Shown here in pieces: positions 1-12,688 of a stretch of DNA of 64,000 bases (the first letter of the stretch is position 1; each line of letters begins with the position of its first letter). The position numbers were made by a program, and so were the translations under genes. The stretch spans positions 704,101 through 768,100 of the forward strand of contig NC_092677.1 in NCBI RefSeq assembly GCF_964355755.1, written 5' to 3'. The notes below the pieces were generated by a model. The model did no database searches and was not told where the DNA came from. It saw only the letters and a program-made list of their open reading frames with translations. Source of the stretch: Antedon mediterranea (Eukaryota > Animalia > Echinodermata).

Positions 1-220
1 TTTGCCAATTAACGGTCATTGTGTTTATCATCATCTTTTATTGTAACATTACTTAAAGTGTACCGTACGAATTGTGTCATATTACGTCATGGTTATAATT
101 ACTGCTTTGCCAATTAACGGTCATTGTGTTTATCATCATCTTTTATTGTAACATTACTTAAAGTGTACCGTACGAATTGTGTCATATTACGTCATGGTTA
201 TAATTACTGCTTTGCCAATT
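1..220. repeat. 105-bp tandem repeat, about 2 copies visible, runs off the window start
   Basis: Unit starting tttgccaatt recurs at 1, 106 and 211. Confidence 0.9.
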
Positions 221-1251
221 AGTTTAGGTTTAGTTAGGGTATACATTTTGATTTACTTAAAGTTAAGTGAAATTTTAATTTAGTTCAATCTAATGCTGCT
301 TGTGTAAATTCATACACATATGTATACAACATTTGGTTGTTATTATTACAGTAATGATTAATTGTAATTATTTAAATGGTACTAAAGCTGTGATGACGTT
401 ATTTGCAACTTGTTCTAAAAATGATAGGATTCTTTTATATCGAAATAGCCTTATTAGTTAATGATATACTTTAAACTCTTAATTGAGTTATATTCTGAAT
501 TAAAATATCGGTAATATTAATTGTCTTGTTTCGTACTTTTACAATTCACTTTCTTCTTTTTTTTCTTTGTGTAAATTCTACAAAGGATCATTCATGCAGT
601 AGGTTAAATATATTTATCTTAAGTAAGATAAATATATTTTGGTAAGCTAAAAGCCTCTATTATACCAATATTGTTATTTACATAGAAAAGTGCACGAACA
701 TAGACATATAAGCGGAAACATTGTACGGTGTATTATTGCACCATAGCGGAAATAACAACATTTGACTAAGTATCGACTTAGGTATTACTAGACGGTATAC
801 TAAGGACGATAATGAGACTTTTACTTCCTTGTAATCTAAATATTCTGTTTATGTGAAATGAACCATTGCTTCATTTAAATGCTCATACTTAGTTTTTAGT
901 TAACATAAACCAGTATACTAGAAGTATTATGTGTAGGCCTATTTGTAATGGACCCTGACGTCACGCGGGAACTCATGTATATATTGCAATATGCCATAAA
1001 AAGCAGACGAGTGGGTTATGGGTCGAGGAAACAGTTAATAATAATATAAATAATATTTATAATAAATAAATAATTATATATAAATCCAAAGGCAAGTTAC
1101 TGAAAATAATGACAATGCTGTTGGTATCAGTGGTTGGATCTCAATGAGATACAAAATAAAAAAAAGCTAAAAGCTAAATAAAAACGATAAAGTAAAACAG
1201 GCAGACAAATTAGAAGAGCTTTCGGGAAACACTAGCCCTTCATCAGTGCAA

Positions 1252-1314
1252 ATATATATATATATATATATATATAAATCAAACTTATTTAAATTTAACT
1301 TATTTGATCTTGAT

Positions 1315-1389
<75 letters not shown>
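1252..1389. repeat. (TA)n microsatellites
   Basis: Two TA runs, about 1252-1276 and 1321-1389. Confidence 0.95.
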
Positions 1390-1396
<7 letters not shown>

Positions 1397-2169
1397 GTAA
1401 TCTGGTATTACATATAAGCCTAGCATAACAAAAGATCAGGCCTACTGTATTTGTTTACGTACCTAGGACTCTGACTCGAGTTTGACTCATTAACTGGGAC
1501 GAGACTAATTGTCACGCATTACCAAGATTAACGATTGGTTTGCCGTTTAAATTGACAACGATGTGACGGGTAGTAACACCTTCTGTGCTCATAAACTGTT
1601 CTAAAAAGCCACAAAATAGAAGGATAGAAAGTTAAAAAGGCCATATACATGGTTGCAGTCGCGTGCTCAAGTTAGTGTTTACCAACCGACCGACATAGTG
1701 GGGTGTAGAGACTAAAACAGAAATGGAAAATATGCGAACAGTAGAAGCGGTTTAATAACCTTATGATCAAACAATGAAGATCTACGTTCAACCATTAAAA
1801 AAAATGATATCATTAATTAAAATGACCATATCCTGTATTATACATTAATATAATAAATGATTATTTACCTCTACCATCAATGTTAGTACTGCATGTCACT
1901 TTTCTATTGAGTAAAGGACTATACGTGTGCCTTAAGTAAACGCTTGCATGTAATTCAGAACTACAGATAACAACAAGACAAATAGTACAATACCACCAAT
2001 AGGCTGTGCTCACCTGTATATGCAAATGACGACATAAAGATAGAAAGTTAGCATGACTGTAACTATATATAGATTTGGTTCAAATTTCTGAAAAGTAGTC
2101 AAGTTTTAATAATGAAAGAAAAATGATGATGAACAGACGAACAAACAATGAACGTATGATAGACAAACG

Positions 2170-3010
2170 ATTAAAAAAAGGAGATATAATACACAACGAA
2201 GAAAATATACAAGAATGGATGAATGACTACACATAGTAATGACGGTACAGTCATTGATAAACAGACGGATAAACAATATAAACGAACAAATATACGGAAT
2301 GAACGACGGACAAATGATTGAAAAAACGGAGATATAATACACAACGAAGAAAATAATACTAACGGATGAATGAATACACGAAGTAATGACGGTACAGTCA
2401 TTGATAAACAGACAACAATATAAACGAACAAATATACGGAATGAACGACGGATAAACGATTGAAAAAACGGAGATATAATACACAACGAAGAAAATAATA
2501 CTAACGGATGAATGAATAGGCCTACACGAAGTAATGACGGTACAGTCATTGATAAACAGACAACAATATAAACGAACAAATATACGGAATGAACGACGGA
2601 TAAACGATTGAAAAAAACGGAGATATAATACACAACGAAGAAAATAATACTAACGGATGAATGAATACACGAAGTAATGACGGTACAGTCATTGATAAAC
2701 AGACAACAATATAAACGAACAAATATACGGAATGAACGACGGATAAACGATTGAAAAAAACGGAGATATAATACACAACGAAGAAAATAATACTAACGGA
2801 TGAATGAATACACGAAGTAATGACGGTACAGTCATTGATAAACAGACAACAATATCAACGAACAAATATACGGAATGAACGACGGACAAGATTGAAAAAA
2901 ACGGTGATATAATACACAACGAAGAAATAAATATACTAGTGGATCAACAAATACGAAGTAATGATGGTACAACCATTGGTGAACAAACGGAGAAACAATA
3001 CACAAATGAA
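2170..3010. repeat. ~143-bp minisatellite, 5-6 copies, just upstream of gene A
   Basis: gaagtaatgacggtacagtcattgataaacagacaacaat recurs with ~143-bp period; outer copies are degenerate; explains the repetitive ORFs at 2106-3023. Confidence 0.92.
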
Positions 3011-3254
3011 CAAACGAACACAAAAATGAACGAGTGAGAGAACGAAAATATTAATCATTATTTAAATAATACTATTTTCGCAATTTATATCCGTGTTGAT
3101 AAAAACAAATAGAATGCCTATCCAAAGGTCGAATAACAGTTATAATTATCTTGTTTGTAAATTTGCACTTACAAATGGTGTTATATGCAGCATGAACGTG
3201 TTCAAAGTGGACAAGTTAGTGACGATTTTATTGAAGGTAAAAAAGAATTGAAAA

Positions 3255-3297
3255 ATGTACATTGTTTGCTTGTTGTCCTGTATTATCTCAGTTTTTG
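3255..3297 (+). CDS. Gene A exon 1, signal peptide MYIVCLLSCIISVF
   Basis: aaaATG start, hydrophobic run, donor G|GTAAGT phase 1, in frame with exon 2. Confidence 0.8.
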
Positions 3298-6200
3298 GTA
3301 AGTATCAGTCATAACAACAACTATCGTATTCTATTATTCTATATGGTTAATGGTTTTAAATTTATATAGCGCAAAATACAAGTAGTCTCTATGCGCTGTA
3401 TTCCTATATTCTTTTAAAAAAAAGAGGGGAAACCGTGATAAATGTAATAGCAATTTTTTTATTAGGATTAAGAATTTCAGTTTGGAATTGATACTAACAT
3501 TAAATTAGCTTAGTTGAAGTTGATATTGTTATGCATACCAAAATTATTTGTTTATTTACAAGTCCCCATGACGGCTGCACTAACGGTCACAATAAGTGAA
3601 GTGCAAGGATTTCCCGAGAATTCAGACGCGTTACTGGCTTGCGACTACACACCCACCGGGGCAACGGGGGTTGATATATCGTGGACACGAGTTAATGCAC
3701 AAAGCGACCTTATTCATTTAGTAGTACGAAGTGAAGTGGTTGATGAATTCAAATCACGTATGGAGCTCCAGGTTTCTGATACTTTCCAGGGTAACGCTGG
3801 TTTAATAATTCATAATGTCACTAGAGAGGATGCTATGTCTTACGTGTGTGCAGTATTCTCTACTAGTGATGGTCAAGAACAAGGAATAACTACTCTACAG
3901 ATACAATGTAAGTATTATCAATGCCCAATGAATACTAAACTGGTATTTTACAAACCGTGTAAACACAGTAGTACTGTAAAGAATCTCTAACCTGATATTT
4001 TATAATACTTGGATTATAACATTTATAAGTGTGTAAACGGAAGAAACGGAACTACTTATTTTATTATAACATGCATCACGACTGATTACGCCATTATAAT
4101 CCTCTATTATTATAACATGCGTCACGACTGATTACGTCATTATAATCCTCTATTATTATCAGGAATGCTGATTCTATCTTTTGTGTCTACATCATTTAAA
4201 CTATTTCTAAAACTGATAATGTAGTTTTAATTGTTTTGAAAATACTTAATTAACTTTTATTTGTTGCCTTAACACAATTGTGCTAGTTTAAAAGTTTCGT
4301 TCACACAGTCTCCAATTGCTTTTTCAGGGAATTACAAGCCACAAATTACAAGTGATCCAGATACAGATTCTTTGCAAGTTGGTGACAACGTAACATTTAC
4401 GTGTTTATCTGATGCCAATCCTACATCAGAAATAAAATGGCTGAAAAACAACGTTACCATAGAGATGGGTGACAGATTCACAAGAAACGAGAATGCATCT
4501 ACTCTACACATAGATGGTTTAACTCGAGATGATCACGCCCTCTTTAGTTGTAGTTCAACAAACCCCGTAAAAGAAATAAGGAGTGATCAGATTGAAGTTG
4601 ATATAGAATGTAAGCTTATACACACAAACATGAGTATTGTAATTTTAAATTATTTTACCATGCAGACACCAAAGACATTTACGTGTACAAATTTGTATTT
4701 AAATATGGCATTAAATGTTCATCAATAAACAAAGATAAAAATAAGACAATATATATAAATATTACTACATAGTGCAGTGGTGGGCATTATTATTATCCAT
4801 TCATTTATTCCTATTTCAGATATTGTATCCATTATATACATATACGTATACATGCAAATCGTAAATTAAATACGATAACAAACTATCCATTGAACAAAAT
4901 TATACCACAATAACTCACAAATTTACTTTACGATGCTAATACTGTTAATTGTTTTTAATAGATGAGCCAGAGATGTATTTGAACCAGACAGGCAACACAG
5001 TTGAATGCACCAGTGACGCGAATCCACCAGTGTATCAGTACGAGTTTGAAGTAGACGGTAAAGTAGTGAGGACAGACGACGCAGTGTACGAATTGAAAGG
5101 AACTGAATGTGTTAATATCACGTGTTTTGGTACTAACAAAATAGGAACAGGCAACGCATCGGATATCGCCTGTCCTTTGAGTAAAACATCCCAATTATAA
5201 GTTTTCTTTCCAATTCCAGTCGATATATCTTCCCGATATTGAGTACCGTACCTATGTTTTTGCTCGTCTTTTTTTGTAAATAGCCAAACTAAAAATAATT
5301 AATATATTTTATATATTGTTATTTTTATTTATTTATTTTTGGTGGGTGGGGCGGTTTGGGTTGAAGTAATCGAAATAAAATTTCTGAAAATCAAACAAAT
5401 ATACACTTGTAATATCTTTTAAATACCTCCATTGTAATAGTAAGCTATACCAGGGAAGAGTTAAATTAAATTGTAATTTAACTCTTCCCTGGCTATACTT
5501 TTTACCGTTTGTCGTTAAAAATTATAGAGAAATCCACATGAAACTATAAACCTTTTTATAAAAATCATGTGAACTTGCAGTAAAATTAAATTGAACATTG
5601 TTAGATGTGTATACAAGTTGTATGGGATGATGCATTTAAAACACTTAACTTACCACAACTTAAAGTGAGACGAGATACCTTGTTGCTTAAGTTTGCTAAA
5701 GGCATTGATCTAGTCCTGCCCCATGCATTACCTAAAGGTAAACGAGAAACATGTGGGAGGCAAAGCCATATATATTATAAAGAGTTACGACATTGAAAAT
5801 TAGAAGCCATTTTTGTGTCAAAGAATTCGCACGCTGAGGGCGCGCGCGTATTTTTTGGATAGCGTTTTCCTGTAGTTCCATGCATTATTTTTAGATTTTG
5901 TTGTCAATGAAATAACGCTTACGCCCGTATTCTTAAACCGGACTTTAGTCGTAGTTCGAAGTTCGACTTGGAAAAGTCGTAGTTCGAGCTATTACTTCAA
6001 ATTCGATTCAAAAACGAAGTAGTCGAAGTTTGCAGTTCGACTTAATGAAGTCGAGCTTTTAGTCGAGTTGCACACGTCTGGGTAACAAAGGCTATACATT
6101 GGCCAATGACAAGAGAGTATTTGAGGAGCAGACGAAATTTTGCGCATTGATATCACTTTCCATTTCTTACAACACTTTTTACGCATCAGGACTATATACA

Positions 6201-8552
6201 TGAAAAATAATTTTAATCGTTAATTATTAGAACAATATCAGTATTAATTTAACAGTGAAGTATATTTGATTAACAACAAATAAAATCTTAAAAATATATT
6301 TAGGAACCATGGCGGTACGGTAACTTTTATATTTTCTAGGCCCCCAACAAAGTATGATCGCCACGAACCACGCACTTCATAGCGTGACAAGAAAGCGCTA
6401 GGCCCCCTAAACATTCCATCGCGTGGTGAATTGCCGCATCTCCCATTGTCGCTATGGCGTGACGTAGCTCAAGTCGGACTTGCGCGAAGAAAATAATGTA
6501 ATTTGTATACAGTTGTAAATAAAGATGATTTTCATTATTATAATTTATACCAATGTATATTTAATTAAGCTAATATAAATATAGATATCTCATTCTTCAA
6601 TATCTGGTCAATATAACAACTCAATGACTGTTACCTTTTTTATAAACATCGTTTAAAAACCATTTAGTCGACCATTTAGTCTGCCTCCTCCAGACTAAAA
6701 AAATCGATCAAAATCCGTCTCGATTTAGTCGAGGTTGGCCTGATTTAGTCGGTGATTTAGTTGAAGTTCGGTTTATGAATTAAAATGACGTCATTTTTTT
6801 AGTTTTAGCTCGAACTATGACTAAAGTCCGGTTTAAGAATACGGGCGTTAGATTCCGTTTTTATTTTAGTAAATAATGTTATTAATGGTATTAATTTTGT
6901 AACATATATATATTGTGTCTATAATAACAAAAGAATAAATGCTAGGGCCTACATGCATGTCAGGATACATCAAAGCATGAACCAATACAAAAAACACACA
7001 AATTCACCCCTATTTTTATACAGTATATGGCTCTCTGTGTGTTTTTGACACAAACTTTCAGAGACTCGTATCATCATTTCATTTGTAATAATTTGCCTTT
7101 ATTATTTTAATATTGTTCATACCTATTCAATATATTAACAAATATATCCACGACACTTATTATTTTATTTAGTCATCAAAGCATGCATTATGAATTGAAA
7201 ATATTACATAATTGTTATTGGAACGTATGGGATGTTTTGTTCCAAAATCAATCAATCGAACGTTAATTAATGTACTAGCGTACGCGCGCGCAATATTCTT
7301 TGGCGCAAGTGGTTCTGTACGCTGTGCACGTCGATATTCCACCGCGTAAAAAGTGCAATTACATTTTTTTTAATATAAGAAAAAGTTTAAAGTAATTTCT
7401 TGCTCCTATACTTTACATGCATTAACGGAGACAAGTTTGACACAAATTGATCTGCATATCACGTGACTTAAATCCAATTTCGTAACTCTTTATATATATG
7501 GCTCTGGTGGGGAGGGTCCTTAGAAACCATGAACACCTCACATAATAGGTTTTTTTATATTTCAATGAGATCTTTGTGTTTTTTTTTATTTTAATGTTTT
7601 TTAGTCTGTATATGATGATAGGTTTTTTTTATATATATTGTAATCAACTCCCAAGAGTTTGAAATAAAAGCCATAATAAAGAAGTTAACTTATTTAGAAG
7701 TATTAATAATTAAATAAGAAGTAAATTGTCATAGAACACGGGCCAACAATAATGTTTTGTTTGTTAGTTTATCCAGAGCCATCGGTAGAACCAAGTTGTA
7801 AAAACACAGGTCTGGTCATCGGGATGGTCTTTGTTGGAATGCTAATTGGTGCCATTGTAATGTGTATTGGAATGCTTGTCTACAATAAGTACAAGATGAG
7901 AGGTTTGTCGCTTTATCCTTAGATTTGACACTTTTGTAATACATGTCAGAAATCTCACCCTTTCCTGGTCAGACGGTATTTAAAAAAATATTTATCATGT
8001 CAAAGGTTAGGCCTAAGTACAATTATTCTCATGTTTTACGAACATCGAAATCAAATGTTTACTTATTTTTTAATTGATTTTATTATATTATTTTGTTTGT
8101 ATTTGTTTTCATTCACAATTTATTGAAAAAATGGTATCACCTATATTACCTATATCTATGAATAACGATAAATAATCAATATTTTGTATTCTATTTCGAA
8201 GGAATTGTGCCTGCTAAGCTAGAGAACACGGGAAAGAAAACAGAGGACAAATAATAATACAAAATACAAAATACAATACAAAGTAAGTAGAGAATTATTA
8301 AATAAAATATATTGGCTATTTATTTAACATTCTAACCAAGAATATAATAATGGTTGGACAATTTACAGCATCTACAAACATTTCCTAAATTAGTTATGGT
8401 TCAAAAGCATGTATGCCTATTTATATAAAATTTGAAATGTTATATTACTACTGTATCTCTTGCAGACGCAGATGAACTCCAACGACTCGGATAAGCACCA
8501 TTATGATTTACAAATTAAAGAAGAAGACTCGGCTTATGAAATTGTCAATTAA
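3255..8552 (+). CDS. Gene A: type I Ig-superfamily receptor (SP-IgV-IgC2-Ig-TM-ITIM tail), frameshifted in exon 6 as assembled
   Basis: Exons 3255-3297, 3563-3907, 4328-4609, 4962-5180, 7777-7902, 8202-8282, 8466-8552; all GT-AG; phase-1 introns between domains; TM GLVIGMVFVGMLIGAIVMCIGMLVY; last exon ends SAYEIVN*. Confidence 0.85.
3563..3907 (+). CDS. Gene A exon 2, Ig V-set domain
   Basis: LLACDY...ISW...LIIHNVTREDAMSYVC motif; acceptor tttacaag, donor T|GTAAGT. Confidence 0.92.
4056..4159. repeat. ~50-bp tandem duplication in gene A intron 2
   Basis: ttataacatgc.tcacgactgattacg.cattataatcctctatta occurs twice. Confidence 0.85.
4328..4609 (+). CDS. Gene A exon 3, Ig C2/I-set domain
   Basis: GDNVTFTC..ANP...W...LHI....DHALFSC; acceptor ttttcag, donor T|GTAAGC. 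Confidence 0.92.
4962..5180 (+). CDS. Gene A exon 4, short Ig C2-like domain
   Basis: VECTSDANPP...NITCFGTNKIG; acceptor ttttaatag, donor A|GTAAAA. Confidence 0.88.
5451..5491. mobile_element. 41-bp palindromic transposon remnant with 7-bp TSD (probable excision footprint)
   Basis: CAGGGAAGAGTTAAATTA / TAATTTAACTCTTCCCTG perfect 18-bp inverted repeat; GCTATAC duplicated at 5444-5450 and 5492-5498. Confidence 0.75.
5605..5760 (+). mobile_element. LINE 3' remnant interrupted by a DNA element, continues near 7515
   Basis: LNLPQLKVRRDTLLLKFAK resembles CR1/L2-group RT C-termini; reading TCGR resumes as VLRN after the insertion. Confidence 0.55.
5761..7506. mobile_element. Non-autonomous TIR DNA element (P- or hAT-type, ~8-bp TSD)
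   Basis: CAAAGCCATATATATTATAAAGAGTTACGA versus TCGTAACTCTTTATATATATGGCTCTG; flanks gtgggagg / gtggggagg. Confidence 0.7.
5922..6847. mobile_element. PIF/Harbinger-like MITE nested in the previous element
   Basis: ~38-bp TIR CGCCCGTATTCTTAAACCGGACTTTAGTC; TTA TSD on both sides. Confidence 0.88.
7777..7902 (+). CDS. Gene A exon 5, transmembrane helix
   Basis: PSVEPSCKNTGLVIGMVFVGMLIGAIVMCIGMLVYNKYKMR; acceptor tttatccag, donor G|GTTTGT; basic residues follow the helix. Confidence 0.88.
8202..8282 (+). CDS. Gene A exon 6, cytoplasmic; premature TAA at 8252-8254
   Basis: GIVPAKLENTGKKTEDK*; acceptor tttcgaag, donor GTAAGT at 8283; one base too long to phase with exon 7. Confidence 0.65.
8466..8552 (+). 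CDS. Gene A exon 7, ITIM-bearing C-terminus
   Basis: Acceptor ctcttgcag; TQMNSNDSDKHHYDLQIKEEDSAYEIVN*; AATAAA signals near 8831-8845. Confidence 0.75.
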   Translation, partial: TQMNSNDSDKHHYDLQIKEEDSAYEIVN

Positions 8553-9584
8553 TATGACGTCACTAAGAAGAGACGATACAATACGGAGAATGGAGAACTT
8601 TGTTGGCTAAATATGTTTAAAAAGAGCAAAACACAAAACATGTGTTGTGCTTAGTTTATACATGGAGCTACCCTCAATGTTTTATAGTGTGTAGTATAGC
8701 TTTAAATATGTACATATTTATATACTGCTTTTGTTTTGTTTCCTTTCATTATTTTGGTCAATTGTTATATTGTTTTATTTTGGTTGCACCACTAACAACA
8801 GTGTGTGCCACTGATAAAAAAGTGATGACTAATAAATGAAATAAATAAATAACATAGATATCCTCAAGTTAATCCGCATGTTAAATATTAAGTGCAGGCC
8901 TATATGTTTTATCCTGTACTGCGTGATTGTAGTCTCAGTAGTACTCGATATTAGCACGATTGTGATTTGAACACAATAGACACACTGTGGTTTCACAGAA
9001 TACGATTGCAACTTTCAAAAGCCCATTGTTGGTTTTATGATTATATTACAGAGTTTGTTACATATTGCACAATACTTTGCAAAATATTGAACTTCCTTGT
9101 AGGGATGTACTAAACATTTCGTACACACCAGCGGAATTTAATGTACAAGGAGTAAAATATTTTTATTTCAAGTTCCATATTGCATATTCAATCAACTTGT
9201 TCTTATTGTTCTGATATGTCGCAGACGCTTTCTTAAAGGCCAGGTGCGGGCAAAAAATGATTATTGATCATACATTCCAATAATTATCGATCTATAATTT
9301 CCCCTATGTTTCATATTTTTTTTGATTTTATTTGTTTTACACGAGCTTGTTGAAAATAAGCACTTTCCTAACAGTGGGGGGATAGTTCAAATTACACAGT
9401 AAAATCTCTATTATTTTGTACACAAATTTTGTAAATAGAGAGGCATTTTAAAAAAGCTATGAGATCAGATTTTTATTTTCATGCTATAGCAAAAATTATC
9501 CACCGTATATCCACCATCTTTTTCTAGGGAATCACCAGACATGTTATTACATTTAGGTTAGTTATTACATTGAGTTTAATGACT

Positions 9585-9977
9585 CCCTCCACCTCAAATG
9601 CACCCGTAGCCAAAGTTGTAAAACATTAATTACACCAAATTGGAAAAATGCTCAAGGTAAAAGAACCTTCAAATACAGAGCAACAAAAGAATGGAATCTT
9701 TTACCAACCGAAACTAGAACAAAAGTAACTGGGAAACATATTTATAAACTCAAAAATATAGCAACTCTTATGTCATCCAAGTGATCCTACATTTTTTTAT
9801 ATTTTATTTTTTATATTTTATTTGTGTTTAACTATTCTGTATATATCTTTTAAATTAGGCCTACTGTGTATTTATGTTATAATTTTTATTTACTTTTAAA
9901 CCTATAACTGGACCATTTTGGAAAGCAGTACTGCGTTACTGAAAAAGCAATCCAGTCAAAAGAAATAATAAATAAAT
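9585..9977 (+). mobile_element. 5'-truncated LINE 3' end
   Basis: Reads GKRTFKYRATKEWNLLP, a typical RT C-terminus, then an AT-rich UTR and aataa-type tail. Confidence 0.55.
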
Positions 9978-10111
9978 ACCTAACTACTGAAAAAAGTCTT
10001 CCTGGTTTTTATGGCAGAATTTTGTATTTGACTATATAAAGGAAAATTCATGTTTTTTCATATTGATTTCAGTTACAAATATTTGATTTATGTACAATTA
10101 ACCAGATTTTA

Positions 10112-12650
10112 TCTATATATAAATTTACGTAAGGGCAAAATTCGGTAAATCGCGCCTTACTTCTAGAATTTTCACTCGATGGTATGTAAAGTTGGTTCGT
10201 ACTTTCGGTACTGATTTTAACCGCCTGATGTAACCCTGTTTACTAATTAAATTGAGTTAGATAATTAGTTATTGACGATTAAAACGAATTTAGGTTCAAA
10301 GATTTGCCCCAAATAGGGGTGTTTTCCGATCGTGGTATACACTGTCTAATGGATGTCCATCTTGAAAAATACCCGCCAAAAAAATGCGAGGAGGCTTCGC
10401 ATTTTTCTATCTCCTCCTACAATAATTGTTTTTAATAGCTGAAAACCGGTTGAACAGCTAGAGTACACCATCATAATGTTGAAGACAGGCCGATTTTCTT
10501 TAAAAAATACTATTTTGATAGATTTAATATACGATTATACAAATGTATTGATTTGCGATGAATGGAACATCCCAATCTCTCAGTCTGCCAGAGTTCGGTT
10601 TAACACAAGTACTGCAGGTAAATTTATGAGCCCTTGGTTTAACACATACGGTAGGTAAATATATGGGCCCTTTGAGAATAAACTTGCAATACTTTGACAA
10701 TACTGTAAATACCTATTAACTATTTTTCATTTGAATCGAACATTTCTTACTGTGAATGTTCGTACTGTTAGATGTAATATAAAAATATATACAAATAAAC
10801 TTTATTACTGAGACTGTGGATAGGCTCTACTGTTAGATATACAAATAAACTTTATACTGACAGTTCCTTCTCAACGTTTGTATTAATTAATAATTACCAA
10901 AAATATAAACGTCGTAGTGGTGTATCGTGACATGTACTTTAATATTTCAATCGATTATGACAGTGACAGTTTTAACAAAGTATTAAATCGCAAATGTTTT
11001 AGGCCTACTGTATTTAGAGGTATATTATTTATAGGCCTATAAAACATGAACAAAATATTTCGTTACTCAGTGGATAAAGAATATATTTAAAAATTGTTCC
11101 TCTTTGTACCTATCCGCTTTCCCATCCCTCAACCCTAATGTTACATAGCGAGGAGGCTTCGCATTTTCCTATCTCCTCCTACGATAATTGTTTTTAATAG
11201 CTGAAAACCGGTTGAACAGCTAGAGTACACCATCATAATGTTGAAGACAGGCCGATTTTCTTTAAAAAATACTATTTTGATAGATTGCTAGAGTACACCA
11301 TCATAATGTTGAAGACAGGCCGATTTTCTTTAAAAAATACTATTTTGATAGATTTAATATACGATTATACAAATGTATTGATTTGCGATGAATGGAACAT
11401 CCAGTTTGGTTTAACACAAGTACTGTAGGTAAATTTATGAGCCCTTGGTTTAACACATACGGTAGGTAAATATATGGGCCCTTTGAGAATAAACTTGCAA
11501 TAGGTTCGGAAAATGTTAAAAACCAATTTCTATTATTTGAATCGGTAAACAGTTTCCATTTATTATACATTGATAATGAAACATGAAATATTCCTATTTA
11601 TGTCCCTCGAGGTTCATTACAATTTATATTTAGTAGTCCCACGGACTTCATCTTAGCCACTCCCCCGAGTGCTAAGGCCAAATTTATGATACCTTACTTT
11701 CTATGTAAGTTTAGTTACAGTTAGTTCTTGACGATAATACAACGAATTTAGGTTACACCCTTCGGCCGCGAAAACGTTTCTGTACAAATATGATACCGAT
11801 TGGCTTTATTTCATTCAACAGCGACCATAATCTCGCCAATTACAGGATAGATAAACTATTTTATTATTGATGTGCTTATAAAACTCATGTAAACAGCTTG
11901 ATTACATCATTTTACAGACAAACGAAACTTTTTTAAACCTACTGTTTCAATAACTGAGTATAATACTGTATACGTTTTCATAAGTAAGTGCATATACATT
12001 TTCGTGTTTTCATTGACGAGATTGTAATAGTAACTTCAGTAACTATTACAGTACTTATTTATTATACGACACAAGACAATTGTATCTGACAGGTACGTAC
12101 ATTATTCTAAAAAATAAGTCTAGATAGATCCCTTGGGCGTCATAAATCACAGGCCAACAAATCAGTACTCATGACAGAAATTCGACCCAGTTTGGTTCAC
12201 ACAAATGTTTACAGGAAGTTCAACACCACAACCGATGATTTGCCCTAAATATTTAGGTAGACTACAGTTTAATTTTTCACTGAATAGGAGCTTGAATTTC
12301 CGATTTCCATTTCGCAGAATGTCTAGGTCTATTTATTTAGTTTGGTTCTTATAATATAAATACAATCAACTTTATTACTGCGGTTCCATCACCACCACCA
12401 CGTGCCGCCGCCCAATTCCCGTACATACATTTCCATTTCTCCCTAATTTCTTTAATCCACATAAATTAATTGTCCTTTATGGAATCCAGTATTGGTTTTG
12501 TTGTCTCTATTTCTGAATACCCCAATTAGGGGACACTTCCGTTTTTGTTTAGTGTCCCAAAAAAGTCCCCGTCCGTGGATTCTACTGTATTCGAGAACCA
12601 TCTGTGAGCACCCCTAGATGGTACGCGAGCGAAGCGAGCGTGCCATCTAG
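10112..12650 (+). mobile_element. Non-autonomous Helitron, composite copy with internal duplication and foreign filler
   Basis: A|TCTATATAT 5' end; 3' hairpin CTAGATGGTACGC..GCGTGCCATCTAG|T; no TSD; homologous to copies at 20411, 23444, 41771; 11147-11500 repeats 10387-10700. Confidence 0.85.
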
Positions 12651-12688
12651 TATTTAAAATTCATGCATGTACCTGAGCTTTAAAGAAT

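Noticed and set aside
1246-1428. YI-repeat ORF
   Set aside because: Translation of the (TA)n microsatellite.
2106-3023. Overlapping hydrophobic ORFs and a CRISPR-like periodicity
   Set aside because: They arise from a 143-bp tandem repeat with no unique spacers and no cas genes, in a eukaryotic context.
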